A stretch of DNA of 63,742 nt, filler included. It is 8 parts of 8 records of this genome, joined end to end, with 100 filler letters (N's around TTAATTAATTAA, not from the genome) between each part and the next. Parts side by side here need not be neighbours in the genome. Positions count along the whole stretch, not along the records: positions 57,628 to 63,742 come from SRR31147125_4048; 7 more parts are not named here. One strand, given 5' to 3'. Below the pieces are notes generated by a model, which was not told where the DNA came from, ran no database searches, and saw nothing but the letters and a program-made list of their open reading frames with translations. Shown here piece by piece: positions 61,962 through 63,742 of the stretch. The position numbers and the translations under genes are program-made. The first letter of the stretch is position 1, and every line of letters begins with the position of its first letter.

Positions 61962-63742
61962 ATGGCAAAAAAGAAAAAAAAACAATTCAAACTTTCCGCA
62001 TGCATGATTGTCAAAAACGAAGAGGCGATGTTAGCGCGATGTCTCAATAGTATTCAAAACATAGTGGATGAGATCATCGTCGTGGACACCGGATCGACAG
62101 ACAACACCGTGGCGATCGCACAATCGTTCAATGCGAAAGTGTTTCATCATCCATGGGAAGAAGATTTCAGTAAACATCGAAATCAATCCATTTCATATGC
62201 CACCGGAGACTGGTTTCTTGTAATAGACGCAGACGAAGAGCTGGATAACACATCCTCTTCCAGCCAAACGCTCAAGGAAACGCTTCGAAAAACTGGAAAG
62301 AAATTCAACGCCGTTTCCATGACAGTCGCGGATAAAAACCAAGAAGGAGAGCTTGTCAACCAGATCGAAAGAGTACGTATATTCAGAAACAACGTTGGAA
62401 TGCACTATCAGGGTATTGTCCATAACACCCCTGTATTTAAGGGGGGATCAAAAACATTGCTCTGAAGCTTTTTCATTACGGCTATGCACTTTCAGACCCA
62501 GAAATGCAACGGCGTTTTAAAAGGACAACATCACTGCTTCATCGTAGGCTGGAACAAAACCCGAAAGACATTCATGCCTGTTTTTATCTCAGTCAGCTCC
62601 ATATTCAAATGAATCAGGATGAACAAGGGATCAAATATGCCAAAAAGTGTCTGACTTTGCTTCAAACGGCAACAGACAACACCACCCAATCCCATGAACA
62701 ACCTCTCGACTTCTATTACGCCATTTATCACATCCTTGCCACCGCCCTCATCCAAAGAGATGCGTTTGATGAAGCTCTGGATATTGTCCGAGAAGGCCTC
62801 GCCAAACTTCCCAAGAATATGGACCTACTCCATGATCTGGCGACCATTGGGTTCTTTCTTGATAATCCGGAACTGACCATTGAAGGGGGAGAGCCGTTTC
62901 TCAATCTTCTGGAAGAAGAGAATACGCCATTGAGCCCGCCTGAACTTAACCTTGGAAACGGAGATTACCCCCGCCCCATTTCCACAACGACTCCAGAGGC
63001 GATATTCAGTGTTAAATATTGGTTGATGACCGCTTACCTTGCCCTTGATCAATTTGATACATATGAGGTGTTTTGGAGCCAATGTCAGGATCAATTTGTT
63101 GAAATTGGTTCGCTTCACGAGCCACTTCTAACTACTCTTGAAAAGGCTGACGCATGGAATTTGTTGGAACAAACCCTTTCTTTTTTAGTTACGGACTCTC
63201 AGGGAGAATTAGAAGTGAGTGAAAAAAAGCGCCTCCAATACGAAATTTTTCTGGCAAGAAAGAAAGAAACATACGATTTACTGAACAATGCCATTGAAAG
63301 CTATCTTGCCTTATCTCCCGATTATGAAGATATTCCGCTCTCTACCCTTGTCATTTTAGCCGAATACTTCCTTAACAAAAATGACAGCAAAGCATTCATC
63401 ACCCTCTCTGCCTTTCTTCTGCCCACCCATTTAATGCATAAACCGGACAGTCTTAAAAACACCGAAAAACTGTCCCAGGCTTACCGCTTGCTGGCTCAGC
63501 AGCAGGACAAGACCGATTTAGGGAGCTTAACCTCAATAATCTGCTCTAAAATTGCGTGGATTTTGACGGATGACTCATCCGAACGTTCTTCCGTAGCCCC
63601 CTCCGATTGTATGAACAAAAAAGGTCCTCACTCCCTCTCAAAAAACAGACCTGATGAACATTTAATAAACAGCGTTGTCCCGGCCTGTTTTCGCACAGCA
63701 TTTGCCGAGTTCAACATCACCCCCCAGCTCTCTGAAGCCCCC
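61962..63742 (+). CDS. Second GT2-TPR glycosyltransferase paralog (indel near 62443; open to the window end)
   Basis: Same GT2 motifs; after the G-run the frame IKNIALKLFHYGY...YWLMTAY...IAWILTD has no stop before 63742. Confidence 0.82.

Noticed and set aside
200-62450. About 14 split genes suggesting programmed frameshifting, phase variation or mass pseudogenisation
   Set aside because: They occur in seven of the eight unrelated contigs, mostly as single-base changes in homopolymers and including housekeeping genes (lon, ALDH, kinase). This is typical of long-read consensus error. The break at about 9453 is not in a clear homopolymer and should be checked in reads.
1164-63118. Many short antisense or alternative-frame ORFs in the ORF track
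   Set aside because: They overlap well-supported genes and lack motifs; treated as shadow ORFs.

Overview
The window is not one genome. It is eight unrelated contigs joined by 100-bp artificial linkers (N44-TTAATTAATTAA-N44) at 6179-6278, 12724-12823, 22353-22452, 31318-31417, 37508-37607, 50369-50468 and 57528-57627, so gene context holds only within a contig. Taxa are inferred from gene content and style. (1) 1-6178, Bacteroidota: LytS/LytTR pair, GT2, SDR, PurL-like protein, menG-porT-trmH. (2) 6279-12723, a Bacteroidota accessory region. (3) 12824-22352, FCB-group (Marinimicrobia-like): DAK2-plsY and dnaG-DUF6057-TolB-like-GH18. (4) 22453-31317, Acholeplasmatales/Izemoplasmatales-like, code 11: cupins, ALDH, patatin, amino-acid ABC, PadR-DUF1700-DUF4097. 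(5) 31418-37507: lon fragment, hsp20, trkAH, GYF-MinD/FleN, csp. (6) 37608-50368, low-GC anaerobe: MTase, GNATs, exoIII, AraC, aspA, tungsten AOR maturation operon. (7) 50469-57527, deltaproteobacteria-like: DAGK-domain protein, SPFH, ABC-F, racemase, malic enzyme. (8) 57628-63742, Desulfobacterota-like: uup and tandem GT2-TPR genes. About 14 genes are split by small indels, mostly in homopolymers, which fits long-read assembly error better than biology. The best candidate system is on contig 2: a LuxR-HTH fusion, a GNAT-PIN-(GNAT)-ASCH protein and a stand-alone ASCH gene, bracketed by two hairpins whose stems differ in sequence but keep their pairing, followed by a probable three-module immunity-like protein. 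Contig 6 has eroded attC-like sites and an unannotated 13-aa leader peptide/attenuator upstream of a methyltransferase-GNAT pair. No rRNA, tRNA, CRISPR array, integrase or transposase was recognised. Family names are from recognised motifs, not from database searches.
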